From Haliotis rubra (lineage: Eukaryota): a DNA stretch of 64,000 nt. Location of the stretch: assembly GCF_003918875.1 (NCBI RefSeq), contig NW_025767401.1:1240001-1304000 (forward strand), in the 5' to 3' direction. Position 1 is the first letter of the stretch; each line of letters begins with the position of its first letter. Both the position numbers and the translations under genes were made by a program. Below the pieces are notes generated by a model. It was not told the DNA's origin and made no database searches. It saw only the letters and a program-made list of their open reading frames with translations. Positions 10,614 to 24,000 of the stretch are shown here, one piece after another.

Positions 10614-10829
10614 GGCACAGTTGCTGTTGGAATGTTGAATGGGAAAACCCTGTTTAACCACACTGTACCCAGCAAACCTGCAAGTGGATTTGTCGGACTC
10701 GGAACCGATTCTTGGGGCATCGCCGACTTTGACAATCTCAAAATAACATCTGCAGAGGATCAACTGCATCATTTACACCATGTGAAAAAAGAGGATGCAA
10801 AGTTATATTTTGTCCCTGGGGCTCACTGA
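10614..10829 (+). CDS. GALC: GALC copy A exon 17 (last coding exon)
   Basis: tttccag|GGC; GTVAVGMLNGK...SGFVGLGTDSWGIADFDNLKITS...GAH-stop. Confidence 0.93.
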   Translation, partial: GTVAVGMLNGKTLFNHTVPSKPASGFVGLGTDSWGIADFDNLKITSAEDQLHHLHHVKKEDAKLYFVPGAH

Positions 10830-10941
10830 TGGCACTTACATATAGCTGTACATAAGAGTTGATTCACGGAATGAAATGATTATCAAAATGAGGGCAACAA
10901 CTTTTTCTAAGTATGTATTTTTTTATGGGTGTGAGCCTTAA

Positions 10942-11251
10942 GGCCAAATAATGAAAATGTTGTTCTGATTACACATCTTTAAAATTTAGGGTAGGTAGGA
11001 TTTGGGGTTTTTTAACATTTTTTTTTTAAAGTAAAGTACAAACTAATAACACATTTATCAATGTGTAATTGTTATTCAATCAAGCTTTCAGCCTTCATGT
11101 TGATTTTCTCGGTCAGAATGACTGATGTTCGTCGGTATCGGGATAAAACAATGGTATCAGAATGCTTATTCATACCACTTTAAAAAATAGGGTCGGCACC
11201 AGAATTAACGGTTGGTCAGGTAATCGGAACCACAACATTTATATTAAGGCC
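10942..11251. mobile_element. PIF/Harbinger-type MITE just 3' of the copy A stop codon
   Basis: GGCC...AAATGTTG...GATTAC imperfect TIRs, TAA TSDs. Confidence 0.7.
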
Positions 11252-13172
11252 TAACTAGTATAACTGATGGGGATGTATTGAGAACATCAGAAGCTGACTT
11301 TGGTTTTCATTGTCATAACTTTCAATAGCATTTTCTGATCATTGCATAAATATATGGGCTGGTTGACAAAATCAAATATCGGTAGTATTGTAAATGGGAA
11401 GAATTATTAAAGATTATCAATATCTTGCATCAGTTCTCATTATGAAAGTTGTGCCATGGGTAATATCTTATGTGAACCATTGTGATTAAATCAAGTTTCA
11501 ATTTACTAGAACGGATTTGTGCCAAAACCGGAATGCAATCCGTTAAATACATTTTACAGACAAAATACACAACTTGTTTGTACATGTACTTAGTAACCTT
11601 GCAGAAACCATCAACAAACTTTTTGGAGATGGGTTTTACATTTTTGTTCAGTGTTATTTCACCTAGATTTATAGATAATTGATGTCTTGGATCCATATTG
11701 ATAGCCAGCCCTAATAAATGTGCATTTTCATTATGACAAGAAGCATGATGCCTGTTGAGCAATATCTCATCACATGTCTTTTCTTGATGAAATACTCCTT
11801 GCACTGATCTTACCTATATTCATGAATTACTTAAGGATGTCTGGGATTGTGAGTTTGTATGTAGTACTATGTACCCCACAGACTTGACTTGTGTATCCAG
11901 ACATGTCACATGTCATAGTTTATGCCAGTATATGGTGACTGACATTAATAGTTCATGCATTTTTGTCACAGACATGTATCAGGTTGATGTCTATGATGCC
12001 AAGGCTGTCAGTATTCTTTGGGGCCAAAACTAAGTATAAACACCAACACAGGCTCGGGTGTTGCTAGTATTTTGGGTGAAGCAAAAATATGACATTATTT
12101 ACTGTTCTTCAGAAATGTCACAAGTATGCCAAATCGATTTTGATAATTTAAGACACCTGTTGCTAGAAACTTGGCCTGTTTCATTTGTTTCATTTACCAT
12201 GCCTCTCAGCTTAGCCACGCTATGGCTAAGTGAACTACCGGTACATCGCTGTAATACGTATACCTATATACTTGTGTGTAACCAGGGGTCGCTGGCCCAC
12301 AACTGTACTGAAATAAAGAAATGAGCCAAATCTGTTGTTGATTGGTCAAATACACCTGATGGGCATGGTTACAGCATAAAAAGCATCTGAAATCACAAAT
12401 GCTGATATTACAATGGTTTTCTCACACACAAACTGGGGAATAATCGTAACAACCATGGTACAGGTAGTCAGTTGGTGTGTCATTCAGGAGAAAAAAGTAA
12501 AGGAGCTACTTGATTTGCTGTTAAATTATCAGTACTTTCAAAATTCTTATGTGACACATATTCAAGGTGTATTTGTTTTCTAGCATACAAAAACATTCCA
12601 TCTGTTTCATATCACATTTGAACATTCTAGTGGGTGTATATGAAGCATGTTTATCTGTTTATAGCTTGTCTGTATGAGACTGTTTATAGTTTGGAGTTTG
12701 TGAATGTAATACATGTATAACCATTGTACAGAATTCAAATCTGCGATATTATATCATGTGAATTTGTGCCTGCTAAGACCTGAGTTGTCACAACATGGTT
12801 GACACACACAAAAGCATTCAATTAACATGGATCAGTGGAAATAAATCTGAAATTATTTTTGTACATATATGCATTTTGTTAAAGAAGGATAAACCACATG
12901 TGATGGTTATACTAACAGCATATTGTATGCATTTGTTATTATTTTTTTGTTACACACATGTCCTTAAATTGATTTTCTTCTTACCCAAATAAAGAATAAT
13001 TTACTCTAAGAAGTGAGATTATGTTTTTTATCATGCGATGCTGAGCCAGAACAAACTGAATTTTTTTTTCTGGTTGGAGAAGAAAGTGGTAGTGATGTGA
13101 GTGGGATGTATCGGATGTTCCGGTGACAGCAGTAACAGAACCTAGCACCTGGTCGCTGTCCCAATACATCAT

Positions 13173-13334
13173 AGATTGATTGATTGAGTTTAGTTTTACC
13201 CTGCTGTTAGCAATATCACGGGGGTGGGGGACACCAGAAATGGGCTTCACATATTGTACCCAAGTGGGGATTCGAACTCGGGTCTTCGGCATAACGAGTG
13301 CACACTTTAACCACTTGGCTGTCCCACCACCCCC
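13173..13334 (-). mobile_element. tRNA-derived SINE family 1
   Basis: Reverse complement of the consensus, (TCAA)n tail. Confidence 0.87.
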
Positions 13335-13391
13335 ATACATGATAGGAAGACAGACGGGCCACCATCAATTGCACCCCTTGGTCCTTTCATC

Positions 13392-13495
13392 CTGTTGATC
13401 ACTGGATTGTCTGTTCCAGGTTTGATTATTGACAGACCGCTGCCATATAGCTGGAATATTGCCAAATTAAACAATAAGCCAAATACCCAAACATT
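13392..13495 (+). mobile_element. SINE family 2, 3' fragment
   Basis: CTGTTGATCACTGGATTGTCTG...ATAGCTGGAATATTGC. Confidence 0.7.
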
Positions 13496-13936
13496 CATAA
13501 ATAAAACTTCACATTTTAGAAACTCCAAATGAGGTGAAATAAAATGTTTAACTTACATACCCAACACAGACACAGTCCCGATTTTATCCCCTTAAGGTCA
13601 AGCATTAGGCAAGGTAACAACAGGTAACTTCCTATGATTTCTTTGATGCAGCAGAGGACCGAACAGTCGTCTGCCCTCCGGAATGATGCTCTTTTCCACA
13701 AAACAGTAGAGGCAGTTGGTTTCCATGTACATAATGGCTACAGTCCATCTTTCCTTGAGGGGATTGTTGATTTCAGTTATGTAAGGAGGACTTGACAGAC
13801 AGACGGCTGTAAGTGGTAAGTAATGTTTTACCACCTGAACATTTGACACCTTTGTGACAACGCTTTGGGGAATCTGATTGCCAATTGGTATTTTGATGTG
13901 ATGATTCACCTGCCTTTGCTGCCAGGATCCGCAAAA

Positions 13937-14035
13937 CTGGACCAGATAGTCACGTGACTGACATCATGAGCATTGATCTGCGTAATTGGTATACGAGACG
14001 ATGACATACATCGGCCAAGTCAGCTAGTCTGACCA
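13937..14035 (-). mobile_element. SINE family 2, decayed fragment
   Basis: CATGAGCATTGATCTGCG...CCAAGTCAGC. Confidence 0.6.
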
Positions 14036-14076
14036 TGTTCTCCCAACAACATGTTCTCTCGGAATAACACAACGTT

Positions 14077-14082
14077 TTTATT
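14077..14082 (-). terminator. Likely polyadenylation signal of copy B
   Basis: AATAAA about 50 nt after the stop, followed by GT-rich sequence; conserved at the same position in copy C. Confidence 0.6.
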
Positions 14083-14130
14083 CATAATATATGTATCAAT
14101 TACAATAGACAACAGTAGCGAGGTTAAGAC

Positions 14131-14283
14131 TTAAGGTAGCGGTGCGAACTTTATAAGGAGGTTGTCGAAGTCAGCCAGTCCCCAAGTGTCTGTACCTAGG
14201 GCGACGAACCCACTGGTTGCTACAGACGGGGCACGTGCCTCCATCACCATCTCCTCGTTCACAAAACCGATCATTCCCTCACC
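14131..14283 (-). CDS. GALC: GALC copy B exon 17 (last)
   Basis: cag|GEGMIGFVNEE...SGFVALGTDTWGLADFDNLLIKFAPLP-TAA. Confidence 0.93.
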   Translation of the reverse strand, partial: GEGMIGFVNEEMVMEARAPSVATSGFVALGTDTWGLADFDNLLIKFAPLP

Positions 14284-14962
14284 CTGGAAAACAGTGAATG
14301 ATAAAACGTGCTTTAGTACACAGCATTTAGGGGAAGGAAGACTGACCAACAAGTTTAAAGGAACTTCCAGCCCCACAACACCATCAATGGTGTCTCAATG
14401 TGAAGCCTCGATATACAACATGCTATTAAATTGGTTATATGAACCAAGCCAAGGAGACTAACGCTTAGTCTCGGAATACATATATATAAGTTTGATAGCA
14501 ACAAATAAACACATTCAAATTGAAAAGGAACCCCAGTCAGATGTGAAATTCAGAACTGAGGGAATATAAACTTGGTTCATTTGGGGCTTTAGCATAGCAG
14601 GGATGGCTAGGCTGTAGGGAAATAATGTGGTTCAGGGACTGTGAGACAGATTATAAGCTGAGCAGCATTTAACAACAATAACTAAAACACCTTCTTGCTT
14701 TCTAAGAACATTCTTTCGCTTGGGCGTTTATAGTACATATCACCAAGGTCCTAGGATATAGAGTGCTCGGGCTATATGTTTCCCTGTTTGTTGTTGTTTT
14801 TGTCAAACCGTTATATAATCACTTTATTGGGAAGATAATTACACGTGATACAATGAAACACAACCTTAAGTTATAATAATATTTACAATAGAGTGACGTC
14901 ACAGGTTTATTTAAGTTCTATACGTGATGCTTTTTCACTACATACTTTAAGTATATTCTAGC

Positions 14963-15118
14963 AGACCCGTGAAGATCCGGGTTTCAATTAGTTTTCAGCA
15001 ACCAGTGGTTATCGCAAGAGGCGACTACCTTGATCAGATGGTCAGACCAGCTGACATGGTTGATGCATTCCCAATTACGTAGATCAATGCTCAGTCACTG
15101 GAAAGTGTGGCCCAAACT
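14963..15118 (+). mobile_element. SINE family 2, partial
   Basis: GACCCGTGAAGATCCGGG...AAGAGGCGACTA. Confidence 0.72.
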
Positions 15119-15536
15119 ATATACTAGATAATATTTACTGAGTTTGTACGGATTTACAAACTTACAAATGATTCACTTCAAGAGTTTTTTATGTGTCGCC
15201 CAAGCCCAGGTCGACTATTACGCTGTCATTGTTTACGATTGTTTACTTCACCCGAATGGCGACACATTTATTCCGACAAACTTATTAATGATTTGCCCGA
15301 CTGTCAAACTGGAAATAATATCACTAATTCCACATGTGAATAAATCACAATCGATGGATCATCACTACAACAGAGTGACGTCACAGGTGTGGCCAAGCAC
15401 AGGCAAACCTGAAGCGCAAATAAGGTTGCGGAACAGAGAGAGAAAAATTACATCGCAACCCTATTTACGCTACAGTTTGCCTGTGGTCTAAGTAATATAC
15501 ATCATGCCTTACACTACATACTTTATGTACAGATAA

Positions 15537-15724
15537 GTGAAGATCCGGCTTAGACTTGATCTTCAGTAACCCATGCTTGTTGTAAGAGGCAACTAATGGG
15601 ATCGGATGGTCAGGCTCGCTGACTTGATTGACACATGTCATCGTATCCCGATTGCGTAGATCGATGCTCATGCTGTTGATCACTGGATTGTCTGGTCCAG
15701 ACTGGATTAATTGCAGACCGCCAG
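15537..15724 (+). mobile_element. SINE family 2
   Basis: Same consensus. Confidence 0.8.
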
Positions 15725-15852
15725 ATGGTACAAATATGAGCATATATCTGATCGTGGTTGTAGATGATATCAGATAAATGCAAGAATCCCACCTACATCC
15801 CATCTACATTGACTAAAAAGGCTCAACATCATGTAGGCCTAATGTAACGTAC

Positions 15853-15926
15853 CGAAACTAGCAGCTCGAATGTGTTCCAGCCAACATGAGATTTGACTGG
15901 TCCTGTTGACACCACCTGGGTCCTCA
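15853..15926 (-). CDS. GALC: GALC copy B exon 16
   Basis: cag|RTQVVSTGPVKSHVGWNTFELLVS|gtacgt, 74 nt. Confidence 0.9.
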
Positions 15927-16079
15927 CTGTAACACAGGGAAAGCGATAAACAAATAATCGATCTTCTTTCTGGCGCTCCATTGTGTTGAGATCACAGAGA
16001 GCATGTACGATATCGTAGATACATTTACGACCAATGACATTATTTATATTCATGCAAAACGTCCAGATATCTTGAAAGG

Positions 16080-16295
16080 TCATGTGAGTTCATTTAACTT
16101 GAAGTACAGTTTATTGAGGTCGTGTGAGATCATGTAGCTGGGTTGCAGATGTGAGATCATGAAGCTTAAAATACCCTTTATCAGGTCACGTGAGTTCATG
16201 TACCTTAAAGTAGGCCCTACCCTTTACTGATTTCGTGTGAGATCATGTAGCTTGAAGTACAGTTTACTGGTTTCGTGCGAGATCATGTAGCTTGA
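16080..16295. repeat. Degenerate few-copy version of the 40-bp repeat, copy B intron 15
   Basis: GTGAGATCATGTAGCTT units, about 5-6 decayed copies. Confidence 0.75.
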
Positions 16296-16307
16296 TGTAA
16301 GACTTAC

Positions 16308-16477
16308 ATATGTCCTGTGAGAGGATGTAGAACTTGTCATCGGGGAAGATGTAGAAGAAGATGCCGGTAGTGTCATATGAATCGCAGCCTCCCTGGTTCA
16401 CCCGTGCTGCCAGAAACACGCCCTTGGTGCCGTTAACTGGACTGAGGCGGACGCTGGCCTTGACGGATACATTCGTC
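16308..16477 (-). CDS. GALC: GALC copy B exon 15
   Basis: cag|TNVSVKASVRLSPVNGTKGVFLAARVNQGGCDSYDTTGIFFYIFPDDKFYILSQDI|gtaagt, 170 nt. Confidence 0.93.
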
Positions 16478-16599
16478 CTGAAACGTCGAGATCCCTATTA
16501 TTAAATCAGTAACAACATTAACATCCACACTAACATCACAGGCATGTCAGGGGACAACAAGCAGCCATTGAAACAGTCTGACGAAACATAGATAAGTGT

Positions 16600-17600
16600 C
16601 AACGTATGTTGTCCAAGTGCTGTCATCATCGTATGCTGCCTAGGTCCTCACATCATCGTATGCTGTCTTGGTGCTGTCATCATGGTATGTTGCTAGGTGC
16701 TACCACCATTGTGTGCTGTCGAGGTGCTCCCATCATCGCATGCTGTCAAGGTGTTGCCATCATCGTATGCTGTCTTGGTGCTCCCATCATCGCATGCTGT
16801 CAAGGTGTTGCCATCATCGTATGCTGTCACGGTGTTGCCATCATCGTATGCTGTCTAGGTGATCCCATCATCGTATGCTGTGCATGTGCTCCCATTATCG
16901 TATGCTGTCTCGGCGCTGTCATCATAATATGTGTTGCTAGGTGCTACCACCATTGTGTGCTGTCAAGGTGTTGCCACCATCGTATGCTGTCAAGGTGTTG
17001 TCATCATCGTATGCTGTCAAGGTGTTGCCACCATCGTATGCTGTCAAGGTGTTGTCATCATCGTATGCTGTCAAGGTGTTGCCATCATCGTATGCTGTCG
17101 AGGTGTTGCCATCATCGTATGCTGTCAAGGTGTTACCACTATCGTATGTTGTCAAGGTGTTGCCACCATCGCATGCTGTCAAGGTGTTGCCACCATCGCA
17201 TGCTGTCAAGATGTTGCCACCATCGTATGCTGTCAAGCTGATCCCATCATCGTATGCTGTGCAGGTGCTCCCATCATCGTATGCTGCCGAGGTGTTGCCA
17301 TCATCGGTTGCTGTCAAGGTGTTGCCACCATCGTATGCTGTCAAGATGTTGCCACCATCGCATGCTGTCAAGGTGTTGCCACCATCGCATGCTGTCAAGG
17401 TGTTGCCACCATCGTATGCTGTCAAGGTAGTGCCATCATCGTATGCTGTCGAGGTGATGCCACATCGGATGCTCTCAAGGTGTTGCCACCATCGCATGCT
17501 GTCAAGGTGTTGCCACCATCGTATGCTGTCTGGGTGATCACATCATTCAATACTGTCTAGGTGCTCTCGTCATCGTATATTGTCTTAGTGCTTTCGTCAC
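16600..17600. repeat. Minisatellite, 27-bp unit, ~36 copies, copy B intron 14
   Basis: Unit CATCGTATGCTGTCAAGGTGTTGCCAC. Confidence 0.95.
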
Positions 17601-17666
17601 AGTATGTCTGAGGGATTACATATGTTGAACGCCAGGGATCTACAATCACTGTGTTCAGTCCCTTAC

Positions 17667-17847
17667 CAACTATAATCACCAATAACAGCGAAGCTCCTGT
17701 TCAGCATCTTGTCAGCAAGGTTGTGGCACCAAAACAAGGGCTGCTGTAGAACCATCTGACGCACAAACTTGTTGTTGTCCTCCGCCAGAATCTCAAAGGA
17801 GCCGGTTTGCTGGGCGAGATTAAAAGGCTCCGTGGAAACTTCGTATC
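17667..17847 (-). CDS. GALC: GALC copy B exon 14
   Basis: aag|GYEVSTEPFNLAQQTGSFEI...RQMVLQQPLFWC...VIGDYSW|gtaag, 181 nt. Confidence 0.92.
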
Positions 17848-18057
17848 CTTTTACAACAAAAATAAATAACAGGCAAGAATAATTTAGCATAAAAAATACA
17901 GATACGTTTCAACCAATGGACTTTAATATCAAAGCAAGAGTATTTCTTTGTTGTACGTCATGTTAATATTCCAGATTAAACCTAGTGGTACTAGAAACTG
18001 GAATAATGCCCATGGTTCAATGTGGTTAATGCAATACTCCACGCCAGGACAGACCTG

Positions 18058-21000
18058 TACATCACCGCTTCTAGACATCCCGGGTCTAATCACTAGACTA
18101 CATCTCTGCTCCTAGACATCCCGGGTCTAATCACTACGCTACATCACTGCTCCTCAACATCCCAGGTCTAATCACTATGCTACATTACCGATCCTAGACA
18201 TCCAGGGTCTAATCACTACACTGCATCACTCTTCCTCGACATCCCAGGTCTAATCAGTACGTTACATCATAGCTCCTGGACATCCCAGGTATAATCACTA
18301 CGCTTCATCACTGTTCCTCAACATCACAGGTTTAATCACTATGCTACATCACTGTTCCTAGACATCCCAGGTTTAATCAGTACGCTACATCACTCTTCCT
18401 CGACATCCCGGGCTATATCACTGCTCCTAGACATCCAGGCTCCAATCACTATGCTACATCACTGCTCCTAGACATCCCAGGTCTAATCACTATGCTACAT
18501 TACTGCTCCTAGACATCCCAGTTCTAATCACTACACTACATCATTGCTCCGAGACATCCTGGGTCTAATCACTATGCTACATTACCGCTCCTAGACATCC
18601 CAGTTCTAATCACTACACTACATCATCGCTCCGAGACATCCAGGGTCTACTCACTAAGCTACATCACCGTTCCTAGACATCCCAGGTATAATCACTACGC
18701 TATATCACCGCTCCTAGACATCCCAGGTCTAATCTCTACGCTACATCACCGCTCCTAGACATCCCGGGTCTAATCACTACGCTACATCACTGCTCCTAGA
18801 CATCCCGGGTCTAATCACAGCATTACATCACCGTTCCTAGACATCCCGGGTCTAACCACTAGATAACATCACTGCTCCTAGACATCCCAGGTCTAATCAC
18901 TACGCTACATCACTGCTCCTAGACATCCCAGGCCTAATCACTAAACTCCTACACTGCTCCTACTACGTTACACATCCCAGACATCCCAGGTCTAATCACT
19001 AGACTACATCACTGCTCCTAGACATCCCAGGTCTAATCACTATCCTACATCACCGCTCCTAGACATCCAGGGTCAGGTCTACATCCCAGGTCTACTGCTA
19101 CATCACTGCTCCTAGACATCCAGGTCTAATCACTATGCTACATACTGCTCCTAGACATCCCAGGCTAATCTAAAATCACTATGCTACATTACTGCTCCTA
19201 GACATTCTGGGTCTAATCACTATACTACATCATCGCTCCTAGACATCCCAGGTCCAATCACTGAACTACATCACTGCTCCTAGACATCCTGAGTTCCAAT
19301 CACTAGATTACATCATCGCTCCTAGACATCCCGAGTCTAATCACTAGATTACATCACTGCACCTAGACATCCCAGGGTCCAATCACTAGATTGCATCACC
19401 CCTCCTAGACATTCCAGGTCTGATCACTACGCTACATCACTCTTTCCTCGACATCCGGCTCTAATCACTATGCTACATCACTGCTCCTAGATACAATCAC
19501 TACGCTACATCACTGCTCTAGACATCCTGGCTCCACTACTACCCTACACCACTCGCTCCTCAACATCCCAGGTTTAATCACTAGACTACATCACCGCTCC
19601 TAGACATCCTGGTCTAATCACTACTTCCTACACCATCTGCTTCTAGACATCCCAGGTCTAATCACTAGATTACATCATCGCACTTAGACATCCCAGGTCT
19701 GATCACTACGCTACATCACTGTTCCCAGACATCCCAGGTCTAATCACTATGCTACATCACCACTCCTAGACATTCCAGGTCTAATCACTATACTCTATCA
19801 TCTGCTCCTAGACATCCCAGGTCTAATCACTACGCTACATCAACGCTCCTAGACATCCCAGGTCTAATCACTGCACTACATCACTGCTTCTAGACATCCC
19901 GGGTCTAATCACTACGCTACATCACTGCATCTTAGACATCACTACAACATCTGAATCACTACAGGCTACATCACCGCTCTCTCCTAGACATCCCAGGTCC
20001 AATCACTACGCTACATCACTGATCCTAGATATCCCAGTTCTAACTCACTACACTACATCACTGCTCCTAGACATCCGGGTCTAATCACTATGCTACATCA
20101 TCGCTTCTAGACATCCTCGGTCTAATCACTACGCTACATCACTGCTCCTAGACATCCCAGGTCTAACCACTGCACTACATCACTGCTCCTCAGCCATCCC
20201 AGCTCAAATCACTATGCTACATCACTGCTCCTAGACATCCCAGGTCTAATCACTACGCGACGTCATTGCTCCTAGACATCCCAGGTCTAAACACTGTGCT
20301 ACATCACCACTCCTAGATATTCCAGGCCTAATCACTACGCTCTATCACTGCTCCTAGACATCCAGGGTCTAATCACTACGCTTAGCATCACTGCTCCTAG
20401 ACATCCCAGGTCTAGTCACTGCACCACATCACTGTTCCTAGACATACCGGGTCTAATCACTATGTTACATCACTGCTCCTAGACATCCAGGCCTAATCAC
20501 TACCCTACATCACTGCTCCTCAACATCCCAGGCCTAATCACTAGACTACATCACTGCTCCTAAACATCCCAGGTCTAATCACTAGACCACATCACCGCTC
20601 CTAGACATCCCAGGTCTAAACACTGTGCTACATCACCGCTCCTAGACATTCCAGGCCTAATCACTACGCTATATCACTGCTCCTAGACATCCCGGGTCTA
20701 ATCACTACGCTACATCACCGCTCCTAGACATCCCAGGTCTAATCACTGCACTACATCATAACTCCTCAACATCCCAGGTCTAATCACTACGCAACATCAC
20801 TGCTCGTAGAAATCCCAAGTCTAATCATTATGCTACATTACCGATCCTAGATATCCCAGTTCTACTCACTACACTACATCATCGCTCCTAGACATCCCAG
20901 GTCTAATCACTATGCTACATCATCGCTTCTACACATCCTCGGTCTAATCACTACGCTATATCACCGCTCCTAGACATCCCAGGTCTAACCACTGCACTAC

Positions 21001-24000
21001 ATCATTGCTCCCACATATCCCAGCTCAAATCACTATGCTACATTACCGCTCCTAGACATTCCAGGTCTAATCACTGCACTACGTCATTGCTCCTCGACAT
21101 CCCAGGTCTAAACACTGTGCTACATCACCGCTCCTAGACATCCCAGGTCTAATCACTATGCTACATTACCGCTCCTAGACATCCCAGGTCTAATCAGTAC
21201 ACTACATCATCGGTCCTCGACATCCCAGGCTCTAATCACTACGCTACATCACTGCTCCTAGACATCCTGGGTCTACTCACTAAGCTTACATCACCGCTCC
21301 TAGACATCCAGGGGTCTAATCACTACGCTACATCACCGCTCCTAGACATCCAGGGTCTAATCACTGCATTACATCACCGTTGCTAGACATACCGGGTCTA
21401 ATCACTACGCTATATCACCGCTCCTAGACATCCCAGGTCTAATCTCTACGCTACATCACCGCTCCTAGACATCCAGGGTCTAATCACTACGCTATATCAC
21501 CGCTCCTAGACATCCCAGGTCTGATCACTACGCTACATCACTGTTCCTAGACATCCCGGGTCTAATTACTATGTTACATCACTGCTCCTAGACATCCCGT
21601 GTCTAATCACTACCCTACATCACTGCTCCTCAACATCCCAGGCCTAATCACTAAACTACATAACCGCTCCTCGACATCCCAGGTCTAATCACTAGACCAC
21701 ATCACCGCTCCTAGACATCCCAGGTCTAAACACTGTGCTACATCACCGCTCCTAGACATCCAGGGTCTAATCACTACGCTATATCACCGCTCCTAGACAT
21801 CCCAGGTCTGATCACTACGCTACATCACTGTTCCTAGACATCCCAGGTCTAATCACTATGCTACGTTACTGCTCCTAGACATTCCAGGTCTAATCACTAT
21901 ACTACATCATCGCTCCTCGACATCCCAGGTCTAATCACTGAACTACATCACCGCTCCTAGACATCCCGAGTCTAATCACTAGATTACATCATCGCTCCTA
22001 GACATCCCGAGTCTAATCACTAGATTACATCATCGCACCTAGACATCCCAGGTCTAATCACTAGATTGCATCACCCCTCCTAGACATTCCAGGTCTGATC
22101 ACTACGCTACATCACTCTTCCTCGACATCCCGGGTCTAATCACTATGTTACATCACTGCTCCTAGATATCCCGGGTCTAATCACTACGCTACATCACTGC
22201 TCCTAGACATCCCGGGTCTAATCACTACCCTACACCACTGCTCCTCAACATCCCAGGTTTAATCACTAGACTACATCACCGCTCCTAGACATCCCGGGTC
22301 TAATCACTACCCTACACCACTGCTCCTCAACATCCCAGGTTTAATCACTAGACTACATCACTGCTCCTAGACATCCCAGGTCTAATCACTACGCGAGGAC
22401 ATCACTGCTCCCTAGACATCCCAGGTCATTCTAAACACTGTGCTACATCACCACTCCTAGACATTCAAGGCCTAATCACTACGCTCTATCACTGCTCCTA
22501 GACATCCCGGGTCTAATCACTACGCTACATCACCGCTCCTAGACATCCCAGGTCTAATCACTGCACTACATCACTGCTCCTAGACATCCCGGGTCTAATC
22601 ACTACGCTATATCACTCCTCCTAGACATCCCAGGTCTGATCACTACGCTACATCACTGTTCCTAGGCATCCCGGGTCTAATCACTATGTTACATCACTGC
22701 TCCTAGATATCCCGGGTCTAATCACTATGCTACATCACCGCTCCTAGACATCCCGGGTCTAATCACTACCCTACACCACTGCTCCTCAACATCCCAGGTC
22801 TAATCACTAGACTACATCACCGCTCCTCGACATCCCAGGTCTAATCACTAGACTACATCACCGCTCCTAGACATCCCAGGTCTAATCACTACGCGACATC
22901 ACCGCTCCTAGACATCCCAGGTCTAAACACTGTGCTACATCACCACTCCTAGATATTCCAGGCCTAATCACTACCCTCTATCACTGCTCCTAGACATCCC
23001 GGGTCTAATCACTACGCTACATCACTGCTCCTAAACATCCCGGGTCTAATCACTACGCTACATCACTGCTCCTAGACATACCGGGTCTAATCACTATGCT
23101 ACATCACCGCTCCTAGACATCCCAGGTCTAATCACTATGCTAAGTTACTGCTCCTAGACATTCCAGGTCTAATCACTATACTACATCATCGCTCCTCGAC
23201 ATCCCAGGTCTAATCACTGAACTACATCACCGCTCCTAGACATCCCGAGTCTAATCACTAGATTACATCATCGCTCCTAGACATCCCGAGTCTAATCACT
23301 AGATTACATCATCGTACCTAGACATCCCAGGTCTAATCACTAGATTGCATCACCGCTCCTACACATTCCAGGTCTGATCACTACGCTACATCACTCTTCC
23401 TCGACATCCCGGGTCTAATCACTATGTTACATCACTGCTCCTAGATATCCCGGGTCTAATCACTACGCTACATCACTGCTCCTAGACATCCCGGGTCTAA
23501 TCACTACCCTACACCACTGCTCCTCAACATCCCAGGTTTAATCACTAGACTACATCACCGCTCCTAGACATCCCGGGTCTAATCACTACCCTACACCACT
23601 GCTCCTCAACATCCCAGGTTTAATCACTAGACTACATCACCGCTCCTAGACATCCCAGGTCTAATCACTACGCGACATCACCGCTCCTAGACATCCCAGG
23701 TCTAAACACTGTGCTACATCACCACTCCTAGACATTCCAGGCCTAATCACTACGCTCTATCACTGCTCCTAGACATCCCGTGTCTAATCACTACGCTACA
23801 TCACCGCTCCTAGACATCCCTGGTCTAATCACTGCACTACATCACTGCTCCTAGACATCCCGGGTCTAATCACTATGCTACATCACCGCTCCTAGACATC
23901 CCAGATCTAATTACTACACTACATCACCGATCCTAGACATCCCGGGTCTAATCACTACGCTATATCACTGCTCCTAGACATCCCAGGTCTGATCACTACG

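Larger units (their letters stand above)
1105..10829 (+). other. GALC: GALC-like gene copy A, 3' part (exons 14a, 14b, 15, 16, 17); upstream exons lie outside the window
   Basis: Five phase-compatible exons encoding the GH59 C-terminal lectin domain, ending at TGA 10827-10829. Confidence 0.92.

Noticed and set aside
13949-13958. Perfect CLEAR/TFEB palindrome GTCACGTGAC near lysosomal enzyme genes
   Set aside because: Lies 3' of both genes inside a decayed SINE fragment and is absent from the equivalent region of copy C; likely chance
14884-15390. TGACGTCA (CRE-like) palindromes at ~14894, ~15377 and ~49343
   Set aside because: The first two sit in a duplicated TACAA.AGAGTGACGTCACAGG repeat fragment in an intron absent from copy C; none has promoter context
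16606-17560. Long Cys/His-rich ORFs (CCHHRMLSR, CCQGVATIV, AYDGGNTLT repeats)
   Set aside because: Artefact of a 27-bp (9-codon) intronic minisatellite that is open in several frames; not conserved as an ORF in copy C
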